Assembly: GCF_018350175.1 (NCBI RefSeq) | Contig: NC_058368.1 | Coordinates: 123,382,001-123,446,000 of the forward strand | From: Felis catus | Taxonomy: Eukaryota | Reading direction: 5' to 3' | Length of the DNA: 64,000 nt | Shown: piece after piece, positions 50,531 to 62,885 of the stretch | How positions within the stretch are numbered: the stretch's first letter is position 1 | How the letters are laid out: each line of letters starts with the position of its first letter | Program-made: the position numbers and the translations under genes | The notes under the pieces: generated by a model | The model's input: the letters and a program-made list of their open reading frames with translations, nothing else | The model's database searches: none | What the model was told of the DNA's origin: nothing

Positions 50531-52298
50531 CCACATCTTTATCCATTCATCTACTGATGGATCCTTGAGTTCTTTCATATCTTGGCTATTGTAAATAATG
50601 CTCTCATACACATTGTGATGCATATATATTTTTGAATTAGTGTTTTTATTTTCTTTGGGTAAATACCTAGTAGTGGAAGTACTAGATAATATGGTAATTC
50701 TATTTTTTTTTTAATTTTGAGAGAGAGGGCATGAGCAGGGGAGGGGCAGCGAGAGAGGGAGAGAGAGAATCCCAAGCACTCTTCACCGTCAGCACAGAAC
50801 GCGATGTGAGGCTCGAATTCATAAACTGTGAGACCATGACCTGAGCCGAAAGCAAGAGCCAGATGCTTACCCAACTGAGCCAGCCAGGCACCCCTGGTAA
50901 TTCCATTTTCAATTTTTTGAAGAATGTCCATGCTGTTTTCCACAGTGCTGCACCAGTGTGCATTCCCACTAACAGGGCACAGGGGTCCCTTTTTCTCCAC
51001 ATCCTCACCAAGACTTGTTATTTCTTGTCTTGATTTTAGCCATTCTGACAGGTGTGAAGTGATATCTCACTGTCATTTTAAGTTGTGTTTCCTGATGATG
51101 AGTAGTGTTGAGCATGCTTTCATGTGTCTTTTGGCCATCTGTAGGACTTCTTTGGAAAAATATCTGTTCATATCTTCTCATTTAATTAGATTATTTGATT
51201 TTTTGGTGTTGAGTCATATAAGTTCTTTATATATTTTGGATACTAATCCTTTATTGGATATTGCAAATTTCTTCTCCCATTTGATGGCTTTTGATGGTTT
51301 CCTTCACTGTGAAAAAGCTTTTTATTTTGGTGTAGTCCCAATCACTTAACTTTGCTTTTGTTTCCCTTGTCAGAGGAGACATATCTTTTAAAAAAATGTT
51401 TCAAAAAATAAAAAATAAAAAATAAAAAAAGTTTCTATAGCTGATGTCAAAGAGATTACTGTCTATGTTTTCTTCTAGAAATTTTATGGCTTCAGGAACC
51501 ACATTTAGGTCTTTAATTCATTTTGAGTGTATTTTTGTTTATGGTGTAAGAAAGTGGTCCAGTTTCAATCTTTTGCATGTAGCTGTCCAGTTTTCCCAAC
51601 ACCATTTGTTGAAGGGGCTTTCTTTTTCCCAGTGCATATTCTTGCCTCCTTTGTTGGAGACTAATTGACCATATAATTGTGGGTTTATTCCTGGACCCTA
51701 TTCTGTTTTATTGATGTATGTATCTGTACTGTGCCAGCACCCTACTGTTTTGATTTTTACAGCTTTATAGTATATCTTGATATCTGGGATTGTGATACCT
51801 CCAGTTTTATTCTTTTTCATGTTTTCTCTGGCCATTCAGGATCTTTTGTGGTTCTATACAAATTTTAGGATTGTTTATTCTGGTTCTGTGAGAAATGCTG
51901 TTGATCTTTTGAAAGGAATTGCATTAAAACTGGAGATTGCTTTAGGAAGTATGGGCATTTTAACAATATTTCTTCTTCCAATCCATGAGCATGGCATATC
52001 TTTTTATTTGTGTCCTCTTCAATTTCTTTCATCAGTGTTTTATAGTTTTTGGAGTACAGGCCTTTTACCTCTTTGGTTAAGTTTATTCCTAGGTATCTGT
52101 TTTACTGGTTTTGGTGCATTTATAAATGGGATTGTTTTCTTGATTTCTCTTTCTGCTGCTTCATTATTAGTGAATAGAAATGCACTGGATTTCTGTATAC
52201 CTATTCGATATCCTGTAACTTTATTTAATTAATTTATCAGTTCTATTAGTTTTTTGGTAGACCCCTTAGGGTTTTCTCTACATAGTATCCTGTCATCT
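49745..52298 (-). mobile_element. Carnivore L1 3' part (decayed ORF2 C-terminus and 3' UTR) with two nested SINEs and a TA/TG microsatellite
   Basis: Continuous reverse L1 text; TSD ttaatctttaccttttt near 49728 and 52298; SINEs at about 50097-50306 and 50703-50894. Confidence 0.9.
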
Positions 52299-52540
52299 TA
52301 ATCTTTACCTTTTTGCTGTCTCATTTTCACTTTTTTGATTGAGACTAACTAAACTTTTACTATATTTCTTTTACAAGGTGCCCTTATTCATGTCCTTAAC
52401 TCACTCATTTTTTCTATCAGGAACCCATCATTTTCTTACTGACGTGTAAGAGCAGCTAAGCCAGCTCTTTCTTCACATTTGGGACTCAATTGTCTGAGCA
52501 TGTCAGGATATGAGATCTTCAGGTTTTTGTCTTTACCCAC

Positions 52541-52671
52541 CTGGCCTTTTGAGGCAACATTTTCATTCCAGCCTCTGCCCAGTGCATGAGGTGCCTTGCA
52601 AAAATGGAGAGCTGAGTTATTTGTTTCAAAATTCCCTTTGATGGGGGTCTTCAGTGGTTCTTTGTAGGATC
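52541..52671 (-). CDS. CDC20B: CDC20B exon 4
   Basis: GSYKEPLKTPIKGNFETNNSALHFCKAPHALGRGWNENVASKGQ; 131 nt. Confidence 0.94.
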
Positions 52672-53649
52672 CTGCAAGAAAAACATTTAGTTTTTAATTT
52701 GTTCTTCAAAACAAGATAATCACTTTGGTTGGAAGTCAACCCATGGTGTCTTTCACAATAGAATGTGAAACTACAGGCCCACATCTCTCTAAAAACCATG
52801 GATATGGGGGTAAAAGAGGAAAGACTGGCCTTGTCGAGAATGCCAGGGTCATAAGTGAGCACTGCCTCAGTGGCCTCTGTAAGAAATGCCAAGATTAAAG
52901 ACCTGATTGCAACTGCAGCAGCAGCAGAAATGCTTTATCTCTGAATGGAAAGAACATACTTGCACATCTGAAGAATAGTTACAAACAGTTCCATAGGTTA
53001 AAGTGATGGAGCAAAGGTATCTGGTTTGCCCAAGCTATGATCATTCTGCCAGGAAATCACTATGGGATGCTTGCTTTCCCAACATTGGCATCCACTCTAT
53101 GATCATGAGCAAATCACTTTGCCTCTCCATCTCTCTGTTATAGAAAGATGCTGTAAGGGTAATTTGAGATGACAGTAGTGAAATACTTTCTAAGTGAAAG
53201 TAATAGCAAAGTCAGTGTTATTTGCATCATTATTATTCATATCTGTTCTCTTCTCAAGATTGAGACAGCTCTTTACCAGATTTTTAACTACATAGAAAAC
53301 CTTGCCAAGTCATCCTGTAAAACTAAGTATATTTTTGTTCATATCACTTGTTCAACAGAGGAGCTAATAAGGACCACTGAAAAATCTTACATATGTAATC
53401 TTTACAAAAGGAATCATATACCAATGTAAATCTCAGAAATGCATCTAAAATACAACATACTGTCTTTTGTTCTTGTTTCATTTCCTGCCCCTTCCCCACC
53501 ACCTTGGAAATTTCTTATTCAAAGGAAGGAAGAAAAGGAAAGCAATTGACTAAATGTGATACTAGATAGTTCTATGCTACAGAGATTCTTTGAGGAATTC
53601 TATTTCATTGACATTTTTTAAATGGCCTGTGGAATTTCTATTACCTCAC

Positions 53650-53878
53650 CTAGAATCAAGGTCTCTTTTTCAGGAGTTATCTTCAGCACGGATCCAGAAG
53701 CTTCTGGGAGGTAAGTGGTTGAACGCTCTTCCTCAAAGGAATCAACTTCCAGATCCCTGGTTTGGCTTTGCCGCCATCTGGTGGTAATTGGGCTACTGTC
53801 AACGGGAACCTCTGCTGACAGTCTCTTCACAAAGTTGCTCTTAAAGTTAGAATATGTAGTATTAACTCCGTCAAATAT
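53650..53878 (-). CDS. CDC20B: CDC20B exon 3
   Basis: IFDGVNTTYSNFKSNFVKRLSAEVPVDSSPITTRWRQSQ...PEKETLIL plus 1 nt; 229 nt. Confidence 0.95.
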
Positions 53879-53910
53879 CTATTTAACATTAAAAAAAAAC
53901 CGTAATTTAT

Positions 53911-54225
53911 TATTTTTCTAGCATCCCTCCTTTTATTTATTTTTTTATATATATGAAATTTATTGTCAAATTGGTTTCCATACAACACCCAGTGCTCATC
54001 CCAAAAGGTGCCCTCCTCTATACCCATCACCCACCCTCTCCTCCCTCCCACCCCCCATCAACCCTCAGTTTGTTCTCAGTTTTTAACAGTCTCTTATGCT
54101 TTGGCTCTCTCTCCCACTCTAACCTCTTTTTTTTTTTTTCTTCCCCTCCCCCATGGGTTCCTGTTAAGTTTCTCAGGATCCACATAAGAGTGAAACCATA
54201 TGGTATCTGTCTTTCTCTGTATAAG
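53911..54225 (-). mobile_element. Young feline L1 3' end
   Basis: tttattgtcaaattggtttccatacaacacccagtgctcatccc; TSD ccgtaatttat at 53900-53910 and 54226-54236. Confidence 0.9.
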
Positions 54226-54569
54226 CCGTAATTTATAGTGGCCTCAACGATGCAAAATTAAATATTCCTTAAAAGGAGAATTATTAACAACTCATTTAGT
54301 ACAACACAAATTATATATGAGATTTTTTATTTTCGTGACCTGAGAGAATGTTATTTTATACATATATAAATATGTATGTGTGTGTATACTTACAGCCTCT
54401 GTTCAAGATTCTCAAGATATATAAAAGCAACTTATGGAGTGATTATATTTACAGTTATTATAATTACATATCAATATAAATATGAAGTTGAAATAACCAT
54501 TTATATTGAACATGTGAAATCACATGTTCATATAAAATCACAAAATTGCAAATCTGGAAATAAACAGTA

Positions 54570-57270
54570 ATTTTCTTTTTTTATTTTCTTTTTTTAATTT
54601 TACATCCAAGTTAGTTAGCATATAGTGTAATAATGCTTTCAGGAATAGAATCCAGTGATTCATCCCATACATATACCACCCAGTACTCATCCCAACAAGT
54701 GTCTTCCTTAACGTCCCTTGCCCATTTACCACAGCCTCCCACCCACAACCCCTCCAGCAACCCTCAGTTCTCCATTTTTAGAGTCTCTTATGTGTTGCCC
54801 CCTCCCTGTTTTTATATTATTTTTGCTTCCCTTTCCTTATGTCCATCTGTTTTGTATCTTAAATTTCTCATATGAGGGAAATCATGTGATATTTATCTTT
54901 CTCTGACTAATTCTGCTTAGCATTATTCACTCTAGTTCCATCCATGTTGTTGCAAATGGCAAGATTTCATTCTTTCTGATTGCCAAGTAATACTCCATTG
55001 TATATATATACCACATCTTCTTTATCCATTCACCTATCGATGGACATCTGAGTTCTTTCCATACTTTGGCTATTGTTGATAGAGCTGCTATAAACATTGG
55101 GGTGCATGTGCCTCTTCAAAAGAGCACACCTGTATCCTTTGGATAGATACCTAGTAGTGCAATTGCTGGGTTATAGGGTAGTTCTATTTTTTTTTTAATT
55201 TTTTTTAATGTTTATTTTTGAGAGAGACAGAGACAGAGTGAGAGACAGGGGCAGAGTGAGAGGGAGACACAGAATCCGAAACAGGCTCCAGGCTCCAAGA
55301 TGTCAGCACAGAGCCCGACACGGGGCTTGAACTTGCAAGCCACAAGATCATGACCTGAGCCAAAGTCGGACGTTCAACCGACTGAGCCACCCAGGCGCCC
55401 CTAGGATAGTTCTATTTTTAATTTTTTGAGGAAACTCCTTACTTTTTTTCCATAGTGGCTGCACCACTTTGCATTCCCACCAGCAAGGCAAAAGAGTTCC
55501 TCTTTCTCCTCCTCCTAGCCAACATGTGTTGTTGCCTCAGTTGTTAATTTTAGCCATTCTGACTGGTATGAGGTGGTATCTCACTGTGGTTTTGATTTAT
55601 ATTTCCCTGATGATGAGTGATGTTGAGAATTTTTTCATGTGTCTGTTAGACATCTGGATGTCTTCTTTGGAGAAGTGTCTATTCATGTCTTTTGCCCATT
55701 TCTTCACTGGATTATTCATTTTTTGGGTGTTGAGTTTGAGAAGTTCTTTATTGATTTTGGATACTAACCCTTTATCTGATATGTCATTTGCAAATATCTT
55801 CTTCCATTATGCTGGTTGTCTTTTAGTTTTTCTGATTGTTTCTTTCACCATGCAGAAGCTTTTATCTTAATGAGGTCCCAATAGTTCATTTTTGCTTTTG
55901 TTTACCTCGCCTCCAGAGATGTGTTGAGTAAATTGCTGCAGCCAAGGTCAAAGAGGTTTTTGCCTGCTTTCTCCTCGAGGATTTTGTTGGCTTCCTGTCT
56001 TATGTTTAGGTGTTTCATCCATTTTGAGTTTACTTTTGTGTATGATGTAAGAAAGTGTTCTAGGTTCAATCTTCTACATGTCACTGTCCAGTTTTCCCAG
56101 CACCACTTGCTGAAGAGACTGTCTTTATTCCACTGGATATTCTTTCCTGCATGTGAAACATTAGTGGGCCATATGTTTGTGCATCCATTTCTGGGTTCTC
56201 TATTCTGTTCCATTGATCTGAGTGTCTGTTTTTGTGCCAGTCAGTACCATACTGTCTTGGTGATTACAGCTTTGTAATACATCCTGAAGTCTGGAACTGT
56301 GATGCCTCCAGCTTTGGTTTTCTTTTTCAGGATTGCTTTGGCTATTCGGGGTCTTTTCTGGTTCCATACAAATTTTAGGATTGTTTGTTCCAGTTCTGTA
56401 AAGAATGTTGGTGTTACTTTGATAGGGATTGCATTGAATATGTAGATGGCTTTGGGTAGTATCGACATTTTAACAATATTTGTTCTTCCGATCCATGAGC
56501 ATGGAATATTTTTCTATTTTTCTGTGTCTTCTTCAATTTCTTTCATAAGCTTTCCCATAGTTTTCAGTGTGTAGAATTTTCACCTCTTTGGTTAGATTTA
56601 TTTCTAGGTATTTTATGGGTTTTAGTGCAATTGTAAATGCAACCGATTCCTTGATTTCTCTTTCTGCTGCTTCATTATTGGTGAACAGAAATGCAGCCAA
56701 TTTCTGTGTGTTGATTTTACATCCTGTGACTTTGCTGAATTCATGAATCAGTTCTAGCAGTTTTTTGGTGGACTCTTTTGGGTTTTCCATATACAGTATC
56801 ATGTCATCTGCAAAGAGTGAAAGCTTGACTTCCTCCTTGCCAATTTGGATGCCTTTTATTTCTTTGTGTTGTCTGATTGCTGAGGGTAGGACTTCCAATA
56901 TTATGTTGAATAACAGTGGTGAGAGTGGATATCCCTGCCGTGTTCCTGACCTTGGGAGGAAAGCTCTCAGTTTTTCCCCATTGAGGATGACATTAGTGTT
57001 GGGTCTTTCAATATGGCTTTTATAATCTTGAGGTATGATTCTTCTATCCCTACTTTCTTGAGGGTTTTTATCAAGAAAGTATGCTGCATTTTGTCACATG
57101 CGTTCTCTGCATCTATTGAGAGGACCATATGGTTCTTGTTTTTTCTTTTATTGATGTGATATATCACATTGATTGATTTGCAGATATTGAACCAGAGCTG
57201 CATCCCAGGTATCAATCCCACTTGATGGTGGTGAATAATTCTTTTAATGTATTGCTGGATCCAGTTGGCA
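54570..57270 (-). mobile_element. Carnivore L1, 5'-truncated, with disrupted ORF2 reverse transcriptase
   Basis: ORF fragments [27 protein letters not shown]...[27 protein letters not shown]; nested SINE at about 55190-55400. Confidence 0.95.
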
Positions 57271-57469
57271 ATAAATAGCAATTCCCTAGTTCAAACTTTT
57301 CATTTCACGGATGAGAGATCTGAGGCCTAAGTTGCTCAACATTCATCTCATTCCCTCTGAGAAATCCCAGGAGTTTGGTATTACAGATCCTACAGTGGCA
57401 AACCATACCATGGATCTATGTGTGAAATTCAATTGCGAATGACAAACTGGAAATATGATATATATATAT

Positions 57470-57925
57470 ATTTTTAATTTTAACATTTATTTATTTTTGA
57501 GAGACAGAGCATGAGCGGGGGAGGGGCAGAGAGAGAGGTAGACATAGAATCTCGGGGCGCCTGGGTGGCGCAGTCGGTTAAGCGTCCGACTTCAGCCAGG
57601 TCACGATCTCGCGGTCCGCGAGTTCGAGCCCCGCGTCAGGCTCTGGGCTGATGGCTCAGAGCCTGGAGCCTGCTTCCGATTCTGTGTCTCCCTCTCTCTC
57701 TGCCCCTCCCCCATTCATGCTCTGTCTCTCTCTGTCCCCAAAATAAATAAACGTTGAAAAAAAAAAATTAAAAAAAAAAAAAAAGCAAAAAAAAAGAATC
57801 TGAAGCAGGCTCCAGGCTCTGAGCTGTCAGCACAGAGCTCAACGCAGGGCTCTAACTCACAAACCACAATATCATGACCTGAGCTGAAGTCGGATGCTTA
57901 ACTGACTGAGCCACGCAGGCACCCC
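57470..57925. mobile_element. Young + SINE (about 57553-57795) nested inside an older - SINE
   Basis: Outer SINE split at agaatct, which is duplicated on both sides of the inner copy. Confidence 0.92.
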
Positions 57926-59089
57926 AAAATATATTATATTTTTAATAAAATGTAGGGCATGTTAGGTTATTACCCTTGTGTAAAGGACTCTCAGAGCAAT
58001 TTAGACAAATTTACAATCCAAATAGAAAAAAAATAGAACATAGGACCTAAACGGGCAATGCACAAAAGAAATAATTAAATGCTCAAAAAATATTCAACCT
58101 TGCTAGTAATCAAAGAAATGCTAACTTAAAACAATAACAAGATGCTAGCAATGGTATTTTTTAATGACAAGCCCCAAGGTTGAAGGTTCTAGAAACAAAC
58201 ACTGGCATATATTGCTGGTGGAGTATAAATTAGCATTGAAAAAGGAGGCACATGGTGCATAAAGACGGGAAGGACTCAATGTTTATCAGTAGAGAATTGA
58301 CGAGGTAGATTTTTGTGACATCCTTAAAAGGGAATATTCTGCAGCCATTAGAAATTAGGACATACATTAAGGAAATGCAAATCCAAAACACAATGATGTA
58401 CCACTTCACACGCTCTAGGATGGCAATAGATGATAGGTAGGTGAGTAGATAGATAGATAGATAGATAGCAAATGTTAGTAAGAATGTGGAGAGACTGGAA
58501 CCGTTACACATTGCTTATGAGGATGTAAAGTGGTACCACTGTGGATAACAGTTGGCAATTCCTCAAAAAATTAAACCTAGTATTACTATATGATTCAATA
58601 ATTTCACTGCTAGGTACAGACCCAAGAGATATGAAGCAGGTACTCAAACTCAAACAAACTCAGGTACATGGGCGTTCACGGTAGTACTATTCACAATAGT
58701 TGGAAGGTAAAATAACCCAAATGTCCATCAGCAAAAAAATGGATGAGCAAATTGTGGAAGACATATGTTTATGTGTGTACATATACATATATTATATATA
58801 ATATAATTATTTATTCACAAATGACGTATCAGTTAAGAAAAATGATCAAGAAATTTCTTATTGACAATCTTACACTGTCTTGGCAGTTGTGTGTTTCTCT
58901 GGCTCATCTCCTGTCATACCCTCCATACTGTCTCCCCACCTTGATGCTCTTCCACAATTCTCTGCCAGGATAACTTCTAGCCCACCTTCACAACTGGAAT
59001 CAGCCATCATGTCATGAAGGTGTCTCTGACATTACCTTCCTCTCCATTCCATTACCTTCCTCCCCCTTCCAAACTCCCCATTAGGCCAT

Positions 59090-59595
59090 CTGTGGTAGGT
59101 TAAATAATTGCAATACTTAATTTTATACATTGGCTTGATGGACTAAGGGATGCCCTGAGATCTGGTAAAACATTTTTTCTGGATGTGGCTGGGAGGGTGT
59201 TTTTAGAGAAGATTAGCATTCGATTTGGTAGACTGAGTAAAGAGATCCAGCCTCACCATTGTAGGTTGACATCATCCAATCCACCGGGGTCCCAAATGGT
59301 ACAAAAAGGCAAAGGAAGGGCAAATTTTCTCGCTTCTTAAACTAGGATGTCCATTTCTTTCCTGCCATCAGACACTGGAGCTCCTGGTTCTCAGACCTTC
59401 ATACTCCTTAATTTATACCAGCTGCTCCCCAGACTTTGGACTCAGATTGAATTATCCCGCTGGCTTTTCCTGGTTTTCCATCTTAGAGGTGGCAGATTGT
59501 GGGACTTTTCAGCCTCCATAATTTGGTGAGCCTCATGTATATATATTTATGTATACTCTATTGATTCTGCTTCTCTAGAGAATCCTAACGCAATA
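59090..59595 (+). mobile_element. ERVL LTR (MLT2-like)
   Basis: ctggtaaaacattttttctggatgtg...gaagattagcatt...gtagactgagtaaagagat...gattctgcttctctagagaatcctaac. Confidence 0.75.
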
Positions 59596-62363
59596 ATGAT
59601 GCTTTATCATTAGACATGAGAGAGAGCTGATATGCAGTGAAAATGGCTGGCAGTTTTAGACAGCCACCACCAGAATATGAATCAATAGCATAATGCAATG
59701 ACCTTTTTTAAGCAATACAATTTTAGGTCTCATTAAAGGAAAGACAGTGTCCAAAACAAGAACAAGGAAAACCCAATTGTCTCTGCACTGGTCAGGACCC
59801 ATCTGCTGGAGAACTGGGTCCAGTCTTGAATCTGTCTTGTAAGAAGAAGATAAGCAAGCCAGGATCCCCAACCTGAGTTCATTTAGAGGAAAGGACTGCA
59901 ATGATACAAGGTCAGGGAACACAGCAATAGAGCAACACATGAATGGAGTGAGGGGTTCTGGGGTATTTAGACTACAGGAAAGAACACCCATAAGGAACCA
60001 TCTTCAAATATGAAACAGAAGGCAATTTATGAAACAAAGAAAAATTTACTTTGTATTGCTCCCTATGACAAAATTGAGAACAGTGAATGGGAGGAGACAA
60101 ATTTTTATTCAGCACAAAGAACTTTCAAAGAGTTACAGCATGATTTTCTATCATGTTTTGGATATGTAGTACAGTTTTCAGTCAGTTCCTCCTCCAAGGA
60201 CATGTGGCTCATAGTGGTACAGATGAACATTTTTTAAATACTCGTGTGTTTTAATGTACATTTTTAAATGTTTTAAAATGTTCAACGTGGACATAAAGCC
60301 TTCTGTTATTAAAAAAAAATGTATTTTGGTAAAATAAATGAGCCAATTTGAACCAAAAATGTTAACTAGCAAATGGCACAGATGGCAAAATCACGGACAT
60401 GTATGCAAATGACTACAGCTTAGGGAACGCTGTGGTAGAATGTGATATTTCATCTTCACTGTTTTTAAACTTTATTCCAGGATCTATCTCTTGGTGGAGA
60501 AATGCCTGTTACATAGTTTTAAATGACTGGCCTATGTATCAATAAAGAGAAAGAGGATGATAAGAAAAATCAGACAAAGGAGAAAAGAATGAATGACTGG
60601 ATACTTTAAGCACATCAGTTTGGCTTGTTTACTTTTCAGAATTCACATGGTGTTGGCCTTAAATAGGGAGGAATTCAGAGCACCAGGGCCAAAAAAATAA
60701 ATAAAAAGGAGCCTAGAGAATTTAAAAATAAAGTCAGGAAGTAACCAAATGAAACAACTGGGAAAATAGAACAAACATATATAGTAATAAATTATCTGAC
60801 TCACAAATATTCAGCAGGTAAGAGAAACCTAAACATTCCAAGGAAAGACATGCTGATGATGCCAGGGTCTCTCTAGAATGTTATGGCAGAGACAAAATTA
60901 ACAAAGATGGCCCATCAGCTCTCAGGCATATCACCCCAATTCCCTTTCCTTAGCCTCTGAATGTCTGCCCCTCCCCTACCAACCCCACCACCGCCAGTCC
61001 AACAAGGCAGCAAGACATTTCAAATTTGGAGTCGTAATCATATTTCAAATTAATCATGAAGATCAAAATGTCCCTCTTCTTATTTTTTCACAGTCATTGT
61101 CTCCTCATCCTGGTATTGGGCAATACAAACCAAACAAACACTTGGAGAGCATTTATTTTCAGGTATTGGTCGCTTTGTTCTGCACTGCCAATGCCTGCCA
61201 CTGGGGGCTCCAGAGTGTTTTTGGCATCTATCCCTCCCTTCTATCAGGCTGACCAAAGCGGCCTTCATTAAGACACTATTATCTCTCATCTTGACTTGTT
61301 ACTCTGCAGACTCTGTGACCCCTTCCAGACAACTTCAGTACATATGGCCAAGTTGTTTTGTTGTGGTGGTCCACTCCCTCTCCTTTTCGGACCCTAACAG
61401 TGATTTCTCATGAAACTAAATGTCTCCTGATGGATAAAACCCCCTTATCAGAGACAGTACTATAGTAATCTCATCCACCACATTTTTTTTCTAAGTAAAC
61501 ATATTTCTATTACAGAGAAATTGTTGAATGTAGTTGAAATAATTTGGGTTATAAAGTTAAAAGTCTTAAACTCTCTTCTTGCTTGTTCTACTTACTTGTT
61601 CTGTGATTGGGATATTACTAACTTCTTCCTGTTTGAAAGCATTATTGCATTTTGCCAGTAGAGAGCTTTATACTACATGTGATTGCTTTTAATATGTGTA
61701 TATATGTGTCTGATTTATAAATAAATCATGGGCAGTATAAAGCTTTCTACAAACATAAGCCATTTATTTAGCACTCAGTTATTTGCTGCCTTATATTTGT
61801 TCCCCAAATGTTTCTTGTGTATTTTCTCCTCTCCAAAACTGATTTCAAGCTCATGTGAGGCCGCCTCCATCACAGACATTATTTGTATCTTCTTCAGTGC
61901 CTGTGGTGCTTGATTAACAGAGTCAACTGCTTTGTCCCATTATTGGCCCAGTAGGTTCCCTTGACCTTCAACTCATCATTCTCTTCCCCTCCTTTAACAA
62001 ACCTTCCTTGATCTCCTGAAAGAGTGCTGTTGGTTTTTCTAGCATACTATCTCCTATGCATTGAAAATTGCAGTGTTGATATAATTATAATTTGAGAATG
62101 GTTTTAGTATAGACAGAACATGGAAACAATGATGACAGATCCCCCAGAAAACTAAGAAATGATGATATCACAACATATACAGAAAAAGACTCTGACAAAT
62201 GAAGAAAAAAAGAAATGTCTAAGGGCCAAAATCTATCTATGTTCACAAACATCCAGGCTGGGAGTTGCCCAAACTCCTGTGCTGAATGTCTGATTAATGG
62301 GCTTATAAGGATATTTATATATCATTCATATATGAAATCATATATGTTATAAAAGCATATATA

Positions 62364-62885
62364 TTTCTTTCTGTCCCCGGTCACCTTAGTGAGAGGAGCT
62401 GCCACCATGTCCCTCCACCTGCAATGGATGGTCGTGCGGAATTGATCCTGATCAAAAGGGACAAGCAGACATAAAGCACCAAGCCCAACAGGCTTGCAAC
62501 TCTTTCCACTACAATGGCCTGGTTTACCACAAGACTGCAGGCATGGATCCAGAGGCCTACAGCAAAAATGTAATGATGGTGATGAAGCGGAGATCTGACC
62601 AGTGAAAACCTACCACCTCCTACATGCATACCCACATCAACAAGAATGCCCTGGCCACCCTTAGCAGCATCAGGCACAGGATCCGCAAGAACATGGACCA
62701 CCCAGGTCTGTTCATGGCTTCCATTTGCAGAGCCAGCGCCATCCTGCACAGCCAGAAGCCTATGATGGTGAAGAGGAATCAGGCCTGCCCCACCAAGAGC
62801 TCCTGAGCACCTGCCCCCTACCTCCAAAGCAACAAAGATGTCAATCACTTAAAAAAAAAACAAGCAAACAAACAAAAAAAAAAAA
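62364..62885 (+). pseudogene. RPL28: Processed pseudogene of 60S ribosomal protein L28
   Basis: Pyrimidine 5' TOP-like start; gccaccATG at 62407 MSLHLQWMVVRN*; ...[19 protein letters not shown]...[21 protein letters not shown] at 62806; intronless; several stops and frameshifts; A-rich tail. Confidence 0.95.

Noticed and set aside
50310..50623. Tyr/Ile-rich ORFs, also at 731-1018
   Set aside because: Products of TA/TG/CA microsatellites inside L1
55902..57281. Reverse transcriptase-like ORFs as a possible novel RT system
   Set aside because: Ordinary fragmented, 5'-truncated LINE-1 ORF2
62381..62848. 155-aa - strand ORF
   Set aside because: Antisense shadow of the RPL28 processed pseudogene
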